Below, piece by piece: positions 49,466 through 63,127 of a stretch of DNA of 64,000 bases; the first letter of the stretch is position 1, and each line of letters opens with the position of its first letter. Source of the DNA: Lama guanicoe. Taxonomy: Eukaryota. The stretch spans positions 1,054,001 to 1,118,000 of the forward strand of contig MU055937.1 in assembly GCA_013239625.1 (NCBI GenBank), in the 5' to 3' direction. The notes beneath the pieces are model-generated. The model saw nothing but the letters and a program-made list of their open reading frames with translations. It was not told the origin of the DNA and made no database searches. The position numbers and the translations under genes were made by a program.

Positions 49466-49532
49466 ATATTACAAATATACAATTATGTATATAATATACA
49501 TATTAGAGTACATAATTGTATATTTGTAATAT
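49466..49532. repeat. perfect 24-bp AT-rich inverted repeat with 19-nt spacer
   Basis: ATATTACAAATATACAATTATGTA (49466-49489) and TACATAATTGTATATTTGTAATAT (49509-49532). Confidence 0.95.
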
Positions 49533-49599
49533 TACCCTATTGTCATTTACTCTAACCCCTGCACTATTTATAATTGTTTTTATATTAATATAAATTTAC

Positions 49600-49647
<48 letters not shown>
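49600..49647. repeat. (ATT)~15 microsatellite
   Basis: Uninterrupted ATT run. Confidence 0.95.
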
Positions 49648-49649
<2 letters not shown>

Positions 49650-51329
49650 GTAAAGAATATATACTGACCTGAAATCATTTAAGTTCATTTGTAGATCCTC
49701 AAAATAGACCTTAGGCTGCATTCACTTTTTTCCTGATGAGTTAAGGTGAGTGCATGTCTTCCTGCCTGTTGTCTTAATTCCACTCTAATAGCATCTGCAG
49801 TAAGTGAAAGTTCAAAAACAAGTGGAAAGTAAATTTAAAAGGGAAACCGAAGATAAGTTTTAAAAAAGGAGGAGGCAAGAAAATGATACAGAGATGGTCA
49901 AGTTCACAAAAAACCAGAGAGATGATACTTTATAAAATATGTGGCACATTTATAAGTGATGAGGAACATAGGGAAGCAAAAGCAAGGAGACTTAAGCTTA
50001 AAATAATTCCCAACGCAGTAACAGCTAACACACACGCACATACAACATAAAAAAGCACCAATCAGAGACAAAAAAGAATGTCGAAGTCTCAAAGACCGCC
50101 TGCTCCAGCCCCTATACCAGTGTTAGCTGTGCGGAGAGATGTGTGTAACACAACCGCATCTGAGAGCCGGGGTTCTCTCTGAGACCAGAAAGCACTGAAG
50201 CCATACTAGGGCTAATTCAATTTACTCAGTAACCAAATTAATATCAATTAAGTGTAGATCAGTTAGTTTCATTAATGAGGAAAAGCTCCTAAAAAAGGTA
50301 GAATCATGAGCTCAATATGGGCCACTGAAATTTTATCTATTGGAGAACACGTGTTATACTCTTAACCCCAGTTACCCCAGTTACACTTGTCATCAATGTA
50401 TTTGGTAATGAAGAGAATGCAGTGGAGGTGGCAGGGGGTGGGAAGTATATAGGGTAGACTTTATTTGGAAAGGAGAATAGGCATAGTGTATATAATCCAT
50501 CACCAAGAAAATAATTCAAAACGCTTGTGTTGTGAAGGTAAGTCAGTAGCATCATCTTTATAAAGGGCAAGATATTCTTATTTGCACATATCAGTAGGCT
50601 ACTCAACCCTGTAGCGTTGGTAAACACTAATGTAAATTGTGTGAGGTAAAGTGGATGGATATTTTTGGGTGATTTGCGTATACTTTTAGCAAGAAAGGTT
50701 TTGGTGCTGTCCAACTAAATATGTCAGGGCTTGGAAGTGACTCTGCAACATGATTGATGTGTTTGAAAATTGATGGGTTGGAGATGATTATGGGAAAGGT
50801 ATACTGTTTCTAAAGTTTTGAAGGGGGGTCTGGATTAAACATGAAGTACTAAGAACTTCAAACAGATGATGGATCAAGACTATATATTGATAAATATTTT
50901 CAAACTGTAGGAAAACATTAGATCATAGAAAACTTGAATTTTAATGAGGACATACTTGGCCAATCCTGAACTCAGAAGAGACTTATTAATGTACGCTTAA
51001 ATGTGTTCAGAGGAAAGCACAGACCAACAATACACATGCTGTGTATATAAATGTGCATACAAATACATAGCTATGTAACTAAATGTGTGTGTATGTGTGT
51101 ACTTAGATCAAATTGAATATCAATGGACAAGAGTCAAAGTAAATTATCTGTACTTAAAGAGCAGTGTATGTATTATATTTTCATTTATTCTTTTATTAAA
51201 AGAATATTTGCTGAGGCTAATACTTTCTTGTTTAAAGGCTGTTCTAATGACCTGTGAGATTCTGTCCAGCTCAGCAGTTTTTATAGAAATACAAGCATTG
51301 AGAACTCACCGTGTACAAGGTCCTTGACA

Positions 51330-51505
51330 TTTATTTTAAATTATTTGATTTCCTACAATAACTCTATGAACTCTGAACTATCCTCTCTATTTTAGAAATG
51401 AGGAAATTGAAGCTGGAGGAGAATAAGTAATGCGCCTAAGTCCTCATGATTAGAGGAAGGACTAAATTTCAATTCTAAAGCCCATCTTTTAATTCTATAC
51501 TGCCT
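51330..51505 (-). mobile_element. MIR SINE
   Basis: CTATTTTAGAAATGAGGAAATTGAAGCTGGAGGAGAATAAGTAATGCGCCTAAGTCC. Confidence 0.65.
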
Positions 51506-53524
51506 CTTTTTGTACTTTTTATCAAAACTGGTAGCATGTAAAAATATATCCATGGGTTTAGGTTGTAAAAATTTCAAAATTTAAAAAACACTTATTTTTT
51601 TTTAAAAAAAAGCCATAAACAAAACAATTTTTGTAGACAATAAAGCAGATGAACTTAAATAAATAAGCAATTAGACTTGACAATAAAAAGCTAAAGAGAA
51701 ATAAAAGTTTGACTTCACAATTTAAGTTAGTATCACAAAGGCTAATAGCCGCCTTTCTGTCTTAGCCAAAATATGAACTCAGTATGATGAATTATGCATT
51801 ATGTGAGCTCAATCTGATTGTGAAATCCTCTGAAGAATTTACTTGAATCCTGTTTTTCCAGTTACAGCTTTTACTTGCTTCAGGGAGAATGTGGTAGAGA
51901 GGGCAGATTCATAGAAAAAGAGCAAGTAAGACAGAGATTTCTTTAACCTACCTCACTAGGGAATATTTGGGAATTTATGGACATACCACATTAAAAAAAA
52001 GAAAGCAAGAAGAATAACAATAGCTAACATTTCTTGAATGCTTATGCATGTCAGGCTCTCTTTGAAGAGCTTTACGTATGTTATCTTGCTTAATCCTCAC
52101 AAAACAAAGGCAAGAATAGACCTGATTAGAAGCCTTGGCATTATGGCACTACTTTTTCTGGTTGAGATGCACTCTGCTTAATAAAAGAAGTGAATATATC
52201 AATCATATATATGAGCTGTCAATCATGTGCTATGTAGAAAGAATCATTACAGAGTTACCTTAAATACCAAGCTTTTCTAATACATTTTAACTGTGATTGG
52301 ATTTATAAAACATTGATTTAGGTAGGAAATTTCAAAACTATTTTTAAATTAAAAAATACACACCGTGTTCTTCTCGTATGTGTCTGTCAACCCCGCTAAA
52401 CCTAAAAATGGCTGGCTTAGAAACTTGGAGCAATAAGTTTAGCTAGAAAGAGGATTCCTCTTTTATTTTCGTTTTTGTTATTAAAGTCATTTATTAGATC
52501 TGTACTAAGTGAATGGCTTAGAGTTCTTCTCCCACAAGACTCATTTTCACTTCCCTTGATCCCACTGTATTTTTCTGTGGCCATGGACCATGTCAGCACA
52601 AGCAGTTGAAAAGGATAATATATAGTCTGTTTCTGGTTGCCTGTTCAAGGTTAGAATCATGGAACGCTTAAGTTGGAAGAAACACCCTGTATATCATGTA
52701 GTACTTTACCTTTCCTCTGTTTCTGTATGGATGAGGTAAAAACAAACAACTAAAGACTGGTAAAGAGACATGACTTTTGTGATCAATAAATATTTATTCA
52801 TTTTTTTCTGCACTGGATTACCCACATGTCTTAGTACTGTTTAGTTTTGGCTAGTTTCTCAGATCATGCAAGTGAGTAGGTAAGTATTTTGGTAGACTGA
52901 ATTCTTGGCTACATGTCAGTGAAATTTGTAATTTGATCCCTCTTCAGCCTATCTCTTATTGATAATGTAGTTATTTTTTCCGAAAAAACAATTTGACCAT
53001 CATAGTTCACAATCTGAATATCAGAGTCTATTATCTGGCATCTAGCTTCATATGCACTCTTGGCCTTGATCCTTTTGCCCAATAACTCACTGAGAACAAA
53101 GTAATGAAGTATTGCAGATCACACCCTATAAGATTTAATGGCTTAATTACAGTCATGTTGCTTATAACTTGTCTTTAATAATTCTCAAGATGGCATTGGG
53201 TCATCTCATCAAGACACCAGTGAGAATGAAGATTGTCTGACTGACAGTGTGTATTGTCAGGACACAACCGGAGCAATTTGTTCCAATAGGTACTTAATGT
53301 TTACTCACCCCATGCTGAATACAATGCTAGGTCATGTGGGAAACCCAAAGAGGTAGACGATGTGGTCTTTGAGGAGCTTCTGCGGTACTAAAGAGTTTCT
53401 GTGGCACCGTGAGTCAGGGCGAGGTGTTGGCATGGGTAAATCAGAACAGAAATCCAGCAGCAAGATGAGGTGGATGGAAATGAAAGTGCTTATCTGAGGA
53501 GAGAAGGTAAACTAGTTCCAAGAG

Positions 53525-53820
53525 AATAATAACAACTTGTGTACTGAGTTCTTATTTTGTGCCAGACACTGTCCTAAGCATTTTACTTGTATCAGTATAG
53601 TAATATACATTATAATATAATCTAATAATTTATATTAATCTAATTTATAACAATCGAATGAGGTAGACGTTGCTATGGTTCTCATTTCAAAGATGGGGAA
53701 AGCTAGGCAGAGATGGGTTAGTTTACTTGCTGAAGACCAGGTGCCTGCAAATGGAAGGAATCAGATTTCAAATTCAGGCAGTATGGCTCCACAAGTCACA
53801 TGTTAAATCACTAAACCACA
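53525..53820 (-). mobile_element. near full-length MIR SINE
   Basis: TACTGAGTTCTTATTTTGTGCCAGACACTGTCCTAAGCATTTTAC...CTCATTTCAAAGATGGGGAAAGCTAGGCAGAG...GATTTCAAATTCAGGCAGTATGGCTCCA. Confidence 0.75.
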
Positions 53821-56800
53821 GTGACTCGAATAGCTGTTTGTTCCATGACAAACATAATTAATTAATTGGCCCATAGTCAAAAATGTCTTAAAGAAACCTC
53901 AGGAGTGCATCTTGTTCCCTAAATGACAGTAGAGATTACAATCACATTGACATTTATGGAGTTTTATAGATGGTTTAAGAGCTCTAGTCACCTCAGTGTT
54001 GGAAAATATGGGAAAACAGGTACCAGAGGAGATCATTATCCTGTTTATCTTTTAAAAGTATCCTTAATATTTTGTTTTAATATACTTTTATATTTTAGTA
54101 ATGTATATTTAATAAAATATAATTCGTATATATTTAATGGTACATTTAAAGAATATTTTTAACAAAGTCATTACACAAAAGAATCACTTATGCTCTAGCC
54201 AAGAAGATTACCTAGCCAGAGCATCACACTCTCATTTAGACTTCATAGAAAAGGTGAAATTTCAGTGACCTTTGAAGAAGAGTAAGTATATAGAGTAGAC
54301 TTGGAGGAAAACAGTATATTAGATGAATGGCAGAATGCAGGGTAGGAGGTCAAATGTGGCAATGTCAGCTTTATAGCAGCTTCTCAATGAGACCACGGTC
54401 AGACTGCCATCCAAGCATTCACTCATTTTCTTTCCTGATAGCTTTATGCTTGTGACAATTCAGAGAAGCTTAAGCTGATCTTTTAGGTAGATAACCAAAC
54501 TTCCAGCACCTCATTTTAGATCCTCTCCAAGGAATTTGAAAGAAACCACTATAATGAAATCTATTCGTCTCTTACAAAGATGGTAGTCACCTTAGTTAGA
54601 CTTTATATCCAACGACATCAGAGGCTACTGAGTGTTGAGATAATCACCCAAGATAAACAATTGCTGTCCAATTCATTCAGAAAGAATAAGCTTTTTGAAC
54701 AAAGTTGCCTGGTTTATATTCCAAAATCGTGAGTCAGCGAAAAGTTTTGAGGATATTAGGGGGAGTCTCAGTTAAGTTCCAAATGTTTTTTCCACCAAAC
54801 GCATCAGAATTCTCAGTCTGTAAACATGTATCTCGCCATGCTTTGTGTACTGGTCCCAACACAATATGCAGGACCCCTTTCTCTCTTGATTATATCAAAA
54901 TTTCTAAGCCATATAATTCAGGTATACTTTAATGATAATGTAATAACTCAGGCCAAAATCCAAGGTAGGAATTGCTTAATAGTTTCTAATAAATGTTTCC
55001 CAATGCCTTTTGTCTTTTACTAATAAAATGATTATCTTAATCTCATATAGGCATGCCAACACAACATGTCCTTTCTCATCAGGGAACTCCAGATGGTGTA
55101 ATAAGTTGTTGGATTTGACCTATAATTTTTTGTGGCCATGCTGCCAAAGCTCTGGCACAATTATCAGATTTAGTCACAAGAACCTTTTCAAACAGGCTGA
55201 TTGTGAGTTCATGCTGTCCTCTGACAAACAGACATATTACTAATGCCACGAGGAGAAAAGTCTTGGAAGCTCAATCTAGCGGAGGTTATAAGGTTGACCA
55301 TTTGGGCTGAATTGGACAGTCACTGAAACAACTGCTCAACCCATTAAAATTATAAGTAAATAAATACATTAAGCCATAATTTTAATTAATCAACTGTGGT
55401 TCAGAAATGGGTTGAGAAATAGCATGGCACTGTGAGGCCAAATAGCATAGGAGAAACTTGACTGGATGCAACAGAGAGGATCCTGGTTCTGACAAGTTCT
55501 AAGTCCCAGTTTCCTTATCTGTTACATATTGAAATTATTACTAAATGACGTGATTAGGAAACTTCATTGGAGAAACTTACAGATATGGTCAAGAGTTACT
55601 TTTCTGAAGCTGTTTTAACTTTTTTGAACAGTAGCTAAGTTGGTCAAGACCTTTAAGACTTAGCAGTTTTTCCCTCAGTTTCCTCCTATTCTACCCACTA
55701 TGCAAAGAAACTATAAGCTATTGGAAAGAATCACACTTTGGTTATCATTATATAGATCCCACAGTATTGCATAGTAAATAGTTTTCAATAAATTCAGTTG
55801 AATGGAACTATTTTTTATCCACACTTGAAGATCAAAGGGCAAATGTCTTTGGGAGTCTTAAAATTCTGTATTACTTCAAATCCAAATCAAGTTTCTTTGG
55901 ATCCTACTAAATGAGCTGCCTGCTTAATTCATAAATTTTCCCACTGAAATAGCATCTTTCCTACTGCTGTTTATGGAGAACCCTTTTGTCTCTCCAAGAC
56001 TGCCTGGTATCTCACCCATTAGGGAGGTGGTCAGAGTTCAGCTCAAGTTCAAAAGCTCTTCTCTGTCTAAGGTAGATGCAAGAACTATGTACTTACTACA
56101 TTTTATCACCAACATTAATCTCGTATCGTGTCATTAGAAAGTAACTTCTTTCTGTGTATGACTTCAAAATGGAACACAGGTAAGGACATTTATTTCTTTT
56201 TGCAGGAGCTCATAGGACTATTTTGGCAATTCGATGGGGTTATGCATAAAAGTCTCCCAGGACCATGCTTGACCCAGGCTGGGTGTTAAATCAATGTTAA
56301 TTCTCTGTTTTTCTTAACCACCAGGAAATACATACAAAAGCCAGCTTTCGCTTAAAAATATCTTCTTTGTCGAAAGTTGTCATTCCTTAGTTTTTGCTTA
56401 TTGGGCTTCTTCTGTATTGAGGAAACAGCTCCAGTTTACTGAAGGGGTAAATCTGTTACCTTTGATTTTCTGTGGCTAATTAGTCTCTTGGACCCCTTTG
56501 GTTAATACTGGGAATGCCAGATAGTGGAGGTCGTTTTGAACTCGTTCTTCCTTCATCAGTCTGACAGTTGAAATTCCAAAGGCTATTTGTCACTTTGTAG
56601 TGTCATCACCAGTCCACAATGTTAGCCAACTATGAGACTCCGCCTCAGAAATGACTGCAGATCAGCTGTTAGTGAAGGACCCTGGTAGGAGGGCCTTTCA
56701 GCTACATGCCGAATTTCTCAGGAACAGAATCCTAATTTGTTAAGCTTGTGTTACTACCCAGTCTTGGCCTACATGCCCAAACCATCTTGGGAATGAAACA

Positions 56801-58624
56801 GAGATTGAATTCAGTTTATTCCTTTTAAGTGACTGACTAAAATCTTTTTATTAGTTTTCCTTTCCCAGTGTGACTAGTTTTATTTCCTCTTCAAATTATT
56901 GTGTCTAAATAGACAGGGCCTTGGAATGAGATCACCAAGTCAACATTCCGTTATGAATCTTTTTTGACTGCAAGGAATAGAAGAAGCAGAGGATAGGGTA
57001 GGGAGGAAGGAGGTAGGGAATTACGTGTGAAAACATCCCAGACGAGAGCAAACACTGGTGACCAATGTCAGGCACATTTCCACCTGCAGCTGCCTGGAAC
57101 TAAGCATGCTCATTATTTGATTAGGGGATACTTGGTCAGGTTCACTTGATTCTTCCAGAATGGCTTGTCTCATGTGCGTTCCCATGGTCAATCTGTCCTT
57201 GGACTTTTTAAAAGGCCTTTCAGAGACATATACTAAAAAGCACTTTTTCCCAGATTTCCTTAGAGGAACATCCATACTAGATTCTTCTTTTAGTGGTATT
57301 AATTTACTGAGTATGGATGGAAATTTCCCTTCTTCTTATTGTCTGTGTTTGTTTTCCTTTTGAGCCAGTCCTCATCTTAAACTTAATGTTGTTATGCAAA
57401 AAGAAGGAAAAATTTACTTGAAGAAGAACCAAAGAGGGTTCAGTTCAAGCCTGTAGTTAAAAGAAACTGCTCATTGTTTCTTTAATGTTCCAGTTTTCTC
57501 TGTGTTTTTACAAATATGCAATTATGTAGAGACATCCTGATTTCTGAGGGTAATTCAATTAACTGATAGAATGACATGTAATAATCATTCAATTAAATAG
57601 GACTTTGCTGCACTTAGTATAAGGACCAGTACATTCTTTTAGATATGTTAGAACCCATGAAGAGGTTGCATTAACCAATAGGCACACTTAGGGAAAGTAT
57701 TATCGCCAGTGGATACACACTTGAACAGTATCACAAGCTTTTTGGATTAATGGCGGAACCCAGAGCTCAGATTCAAAATACCAGCTGTTGAAAGAGAATT
57801 CAAGACGAAATGTTTTATACGTTTGTGTCATGGAAAACAACAATCTGCTGCACCATTTTTTTTTTTCAGGTGGACTCTCTCCAAGTTAAGTAGGGCGATG
57901 CCCAAGGAGTGTTCTGTGAATTCTATAATCATGTCCTCTTTGTATCAAAATTCTCATCAGTTGGTCAAAAAAATAGTGTGATAGTTCTACCTAATTAATT
58001 TTTTCCAACAACCAGGTAATTGATAAAGAAGATTAACTCCCTCAAAGGTTTGGTTTCCAAGTATTATAAAAATTACCACACCCAAAATCTTATCCTTTGT
58101 GGGATTTAGGAAATGTGCCAGAAAGAGCTTCCTAGGAGGGTCTAGTACTATGGCAGAGGAGCCTTGTGAAGTATCTGGATTTCTAGGCAATTTCCAAAAG
58201 GCTGCTTACAGGGACATTCTCATTGACCAAGAGCACTGGCTCAGGCTTGACAGTGAAGACTACAATTACCTGTTTACTCAACCTACATGCTACATTGGTA
58301 TAATGAGGGAGGTTGGGGACCTACACAACCTACTCTTCCATATACATCTTTTCTCATGCATAGATTAGAACAATAGAGAAATCTTCCTCCCTTAAAAGAG
58401 CAATTGGTTTTCTTGGTGTAAACCCAACTTTATACTGAAATCACTCAATTAAAAGTAATTCTACCAGTGAGAAAAGAGAATGTGGCAAGGGAATTAGGAG
58501 GCATCCCTTTCATCTGTGATGTTTTATTTCTTATGCTGAATGATGAATTAATGGATTACATTATGTTATTTTTATACTTTTTGGTACATGTGAAACATCT
58601 CAGCATTAAAAAAGAATCTCCCAG

Positions 58625-59080
58625 GTGAAGGGTAAGAATTTTAGACTTTGGAATCACAGAGACTTAAGTTTAAGCTTGGGTTAGCCTGTATCACAACTGT
58701 GTTTTTTGAAAAAGTTTCTCAACCACAGATCAATTTATTTATCCTTGAAATGAGAATACAGCGGTACCCACTTTATAGGGTTGTTTTCTGGATTAAAGGA
58801 TTTAATGCATTTACAATGCTTACTGCTTGACACACTGCACTCAAGACATAGTATGTATATACTTATGCATGAAGTGCAGGTTATCTCCTATACGTCTGTG
58901 TAGTATAATTAGTCCCTTTAAAATTTATTGGCTGTATCATCCTGGCTAAGTCATTTAAACCTCCAGAAGTCTAATTCTTCATCTTACAAAGTGAAAAGAA
59001 TTAGATTACCTATCCTGTCTTTATTATGAGATCTCTAGGAATATTAAATGCAATAGTGTGTAAAAACACGTTGAAATATT
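58625..59080 (+). mobile_element. two adjacent MIR SINE remnants
   Basis: AGACTTTGGAATCACAGAGAC...TATAGGGTTGTTTTCTGGATTAAAGGA; second core GGCTAAGTCATTTAAACCTC...TTCTTCATCTTACAAAGTG. Confidence 0.65.
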
Positions 59081-59304
59081 TGAAGTCATCATACAAAATT
59101 AAAGCATCTTTTAAAAAATTAAAACATTTTTTAAGTTACCATTTATTCATTCATTTAACTTTGTTGTTGTTGAGAATCTGCTGCTGTACTGGACACTCTG
59201 CTACATTCTGTGACTATAGAAATGATTTTTTAAAAATATGTGTTTTCTACCCTCATGCCCTTTTAGGGTCCACAGCATGGTGAAGAGGACCAACAGTAAC
59301 TAGG

Positions 59305-59657
59305 TACCTTAGTCAGCTCAAGCTGACTATAGATTGGGTGGCTAAAATAACAGAGAGACATTTCTCACAGTTCTGGAGGCTGAGAAGTCCAAAATAAAGC
59401 CAGCAGACTCAGTATCTGGTGGGGTCCCTCTTCCTGGCTTGCAAAAAGCTACCTTCTTACTGTGTCTTCAGTTAGTGGAGAAAGAGAGAGAGCTCTGGTC
59501 TCTTCCTCTTTTTTAAGGACCCTATTCCTATCATCAGGGACCCCACTGTTATGACCTCATTTAAATCTATTTCCCAGCAGCCCCACCTCTAAATACTATC
59601 ACGTTGAGGGGTTAAGGCTTTAACATAGGGATTTGGAGGAAACACAAACCATGCATA
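59305..59657 (-). mobile_element. MaLR LTR (MLT1A-like), inserted in an L2 remnant
   Basis: CATTTCTCACAGTTCTGGAGGCTGAGAAGTCCAA...ATGACCTCATTTAA...CCCCACCTCTAAATACTATCAC...GATTTGGAGGAAACACAAAC. Confidence 0.8.
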
Positions 59658-60194
59658 AAATTAAGGAAAATGGAGAGAGGAAATTATTTGCCAAGGCTTT
59701 GTAGTGGGAAGGAGTAAGGTAAATCATGAGGACATAAAGACTCCTCCATGCTACTGTAGAGAGGTGGGAAGTAGATGCTGTGGTGATACGCTGGAGAAGC
59801 AGGAGTGGACAGTCAATAAAAAACTTTTTAGACCATGTTGAAGATGCTGGTCAAAGAAATCATTGAAGTTATCTTAAACATAATGTTATGTGGCCAAATC
59901 TATTGTACAAGGTCATTCTAATGGCTGTGTAATGACCAGATTAGAAAGAGGGAAGAAGGGAAGTGGGAAAGAAGGAAGAGTTTTCATTAGTCCAGAAAGA
60001 GATCCTAGGAGTTTGAAATAGAGTGGAGGTGGGGTGATATTGAGGACTGAAGAGTGGGTAATGGATTGGATTTGGGTTGGAATAGGAAGAAGAGTTTCCT
60101 GCTTCACTGACTAATATTAAAGATCCCAGCCTATGGATGAAAGATTTGATGTAAAGTTTTTGAATGGTCTTTTAAAGGGCAACACTTTATTGAA

Positions 60195-62030
60195 AGATAA
60201 ATTAATTCGTTTATTCAAAATGTATTTATTGAATTCCTAATGACAAAAGTAGTGGTCATATAATAATAAACAATAGACAGATGCAATTCTGCTCTTATAG
60301 AACTTGCAGCCTAATAAGGGAGAACAAATAAATAGATTAAATGATCTTAATTATGATAACCCTGAATCATTTTCCTGTGGCTACCATAACACATGACCAC
60401 AAACTTGGTGGCTTAAACAATAGAAATTTATTCTCTTACACTCCTGAAGTCCAAGAAGTATCACTGGGTTGAAATCAAGGTGCCAGCAGGGCTGAGGTTC
60501 TTTGAAGTTTCTAGGGGAAGAAACCACTCTTTGCCTCTTTGAGCTTCTAATGGTTGCTTGCATTCCCTAGTCTGTGGCCTCATCACTCTAATTTCTGCCT
60601 GCATGGTCTCTGTCGCCTCCCTGGCTGTGGTAAAGTCTTCCTCAGCCTCCCTATTACAAAGACACTTGTGATGGCATTTAGGTCTCATCTTGGGAACTCA
60701 GGATAATCTCCCCATCTCAGGATCTTTAACTGGAACACAGTTGCAAAATCCTTTTTTGCCACATAAAGTGACACATATTACAGAAATTAGAGCATGGATA
60801 TCTTTTGAGCTGCTATTTTTAAGCCTACCACATTCCCTATGAAGGAAATAAACTTGAAACTATGATGAAGAATAATGATAAGGATTTACCTGATGGCTGG
60901 ATGGTAATGATAAGGACGACTAGAAAGCTAAATTGAAGAGATAAACTGAAACCTGATCATTTAGGGCCTTGTAGGTGTCCAAATTTTATTCTAAATTCAT
61001 CGGTAACTCATCCAAGGAATTGAATTAGAAAGAGGATGTAATTTGATTTACATGTTTATAAAGATAATTGTAACTGCTATAAAGAAAATTGATAGGAGAT
61101 GAATGACAATGGAAGCAGGGCAACATGCCAATGGGCTACTGTGGTCATAAGGGTAGGAGAGAATGATGATTAGAACATGGTGGTGACAGTGGAGACGTAG
61201 CATCATGGACAAAGTGGAGATTCCCATTAGAGATAAAATTATATGTATTTAGATTGATTAGGTGTAGAGGGTGAGAAGAATAAAGAGGAATAAGGGGTGA
61301 CACTTAGATTTCTAACTTTAACAATTAAATAGCTGATGGTGTTACTCACAGACATGGGGAAGGGAAATACAGAAGGGAATAGAAGTTCTGCCTTGGAAAT
61401 GGGAATCTCAGATGACCATGAGGCTATGAAGCTGTCAAGTAGGCAGAGGGTGAAGAGGTTTAGATCTCAGGGTAGAGATATGGGACAAAAATATAAATGG
61501 GGGGATATTTAGTATAGAGATATAATAATTAAAACAATGAGAATGGATTAAGTCACTTAGAAGGAGTTGTATGGAGAGTCCAAGGCAAAACCTTGAGAAA
61601 TTCCAATACTTAAGTTTAGATAATGGAGGAAAAAGCCAGCAAAAGAAAGTTAGAAAGAATGACCAGTGACAGAATGGGAAACACCCAGAAGAGGATATTG
61701 TCATGGAAGTCAAGAAAGGGGAGTGTTCCATTAAAGAGGAAAGAAAGGACGTGCCCTTTGTATTTGGCAACATGAGAAGAGCAGTTTCCCTGGAATGATG
61801 GGACTGAAGCCAGGGTGGACTGATGAGCTAATGGGAGAAGGAAAATTGTGGATACGAGTGAGGAAATTGAGACAGCAGAAACTTTTCTGGAAGTTTTTCT
61901 GTGGAGGGAATCAGAAAATAAGAGATTTAACAAGGCAGAGACTTTAATTCTAAAGGGAGATACCACTAGGGTACAGTTGTATATTTTCTGAATAGGGATA
62001 ATACAATAAAGAGGAAGAAAGTCAGTGACA
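60195..62030 (-). mobile_element. long L2 LINE remnant interrupted by the MLT1C-like LTR
   Basis: L2 3' end TTCGTTTATTCAAAATGTATTTATTGAA at ~60205; resumes after 60833 with purine-rich L2 blocks (GGGCCTTGTAGG; GATGGTGTTACTCACAGACATGGGGAAG; TTTGGCAACATGAGAAG). Confidence 0.75.
60363..60832 (-). mobile_element. MaLR LTR (MLT1C-like), inserted in an L2
   Basis: CCACAAACTTGGTGGCTTAAACAATAGAAATTTATTCTC...GACACTTGTGATGGCATTTAGG...CAGGATAATCTCCCCATCTCA...AGCCTACCACA. Confidence 0.85.
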
Positions 62031-63107
62031 TAGTGAAAAAATACCTAAATTAGTCCCCTGGTGACTGTGTAATGGAGTAAAGGATTAGCACACTTTTCAG
62101 CAGTCCCATCAACTCTCCATCTCTCTGATTTCCACCTGTGTTCTGACTGTCCCCTGGGAAGGAGACAGAGCTCTTTTACTGTTAACCAAAGAGACCATGT
62201 CTATCTGAGAGGCTATACCATACCTGATAGCTTTCTTAGCAGTCACTTTCATTTATTTGCTCTTTCCACTTAAGAAGTCCTGAAGGTTCTTTTATGAATT
62301 AAGAGGAATTTTCTTAAAATCATTTTTGATTTCATCCCCATACATCACATGTCTTGCTAGCAATAATTCGGCCAGCTCTGTTTCCTGGGTTCCAGCATGA
62401 GGTGCAATGGGAGGGCGGTACTAGTCATCAGATGTTCCCAGGTGCCTTTAGAACAGGGGTAGTCCAAGACGTCACACACAGCACCCCCACCCCACTGTCC
62501 CTCCCTGTCCTCTTCCCCTCCTCCACGTGTAGCTCCCCACAGTATAGCACTCCATGCTTCATCCTATCTAAAGTTGGACTATTTTCCGCAGGTAAATCTA
62601 TAGGCAGGCGTTTGGCTGGAGAGGAGCCTTCAGAGCATTGAACACTCCAGCCTCCAGCCCCCAGCTTTACCTCTTCGCTCTCCTGCCTCGCGACGAAAGA
62701 TGTCAGGGCTTGACTGCCAGCCTAGCCACTTACTGCTCTGATACCCCAATCACTAGCTTCCTTGTCTTCTTTGTAAAAATAAAATTTAAAATGTGCCTGA
62801 AGTATAGGAGGTAGTTGTTACTAGCAGATGTCGAGGAAGAACTGGAGATTGTGGCTGTGCTCCACGAAGACATAGAATTCGTATTTTCAGTGACTCAAGC
62901 TGCCGTGTCATTGGGAAGGGATAAGGTTAGCAGAGGACAGAGCTCTCTTTCCTCTGTCCATTCCTTTCTGGGGTTTGAATTTGAACAGTCCTGTGATTTG
63001 TAAGTACCACCCCTTATGCTCCCCGTGTTAACCTTGAACGTCCCCAGTCAAAGAATCTGGTGATTACCTCCCCATGCCAAGGAGAGCGTATGTGACAGGG
63101 GACCAGG

Positions 63108-63127
63108 AAAGGTCAAGGTCAAGGTCA
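63108..63127 (+). promoter_or_regulatory. three perfect tandem AGGTCA nuclear-receptor half-sites (DR0-DR0)
   Basis: AAAGGTCAAGGTCAAGGTCA, with half-sites at 63110, 63116 and 63122. Confidence 0.4.
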
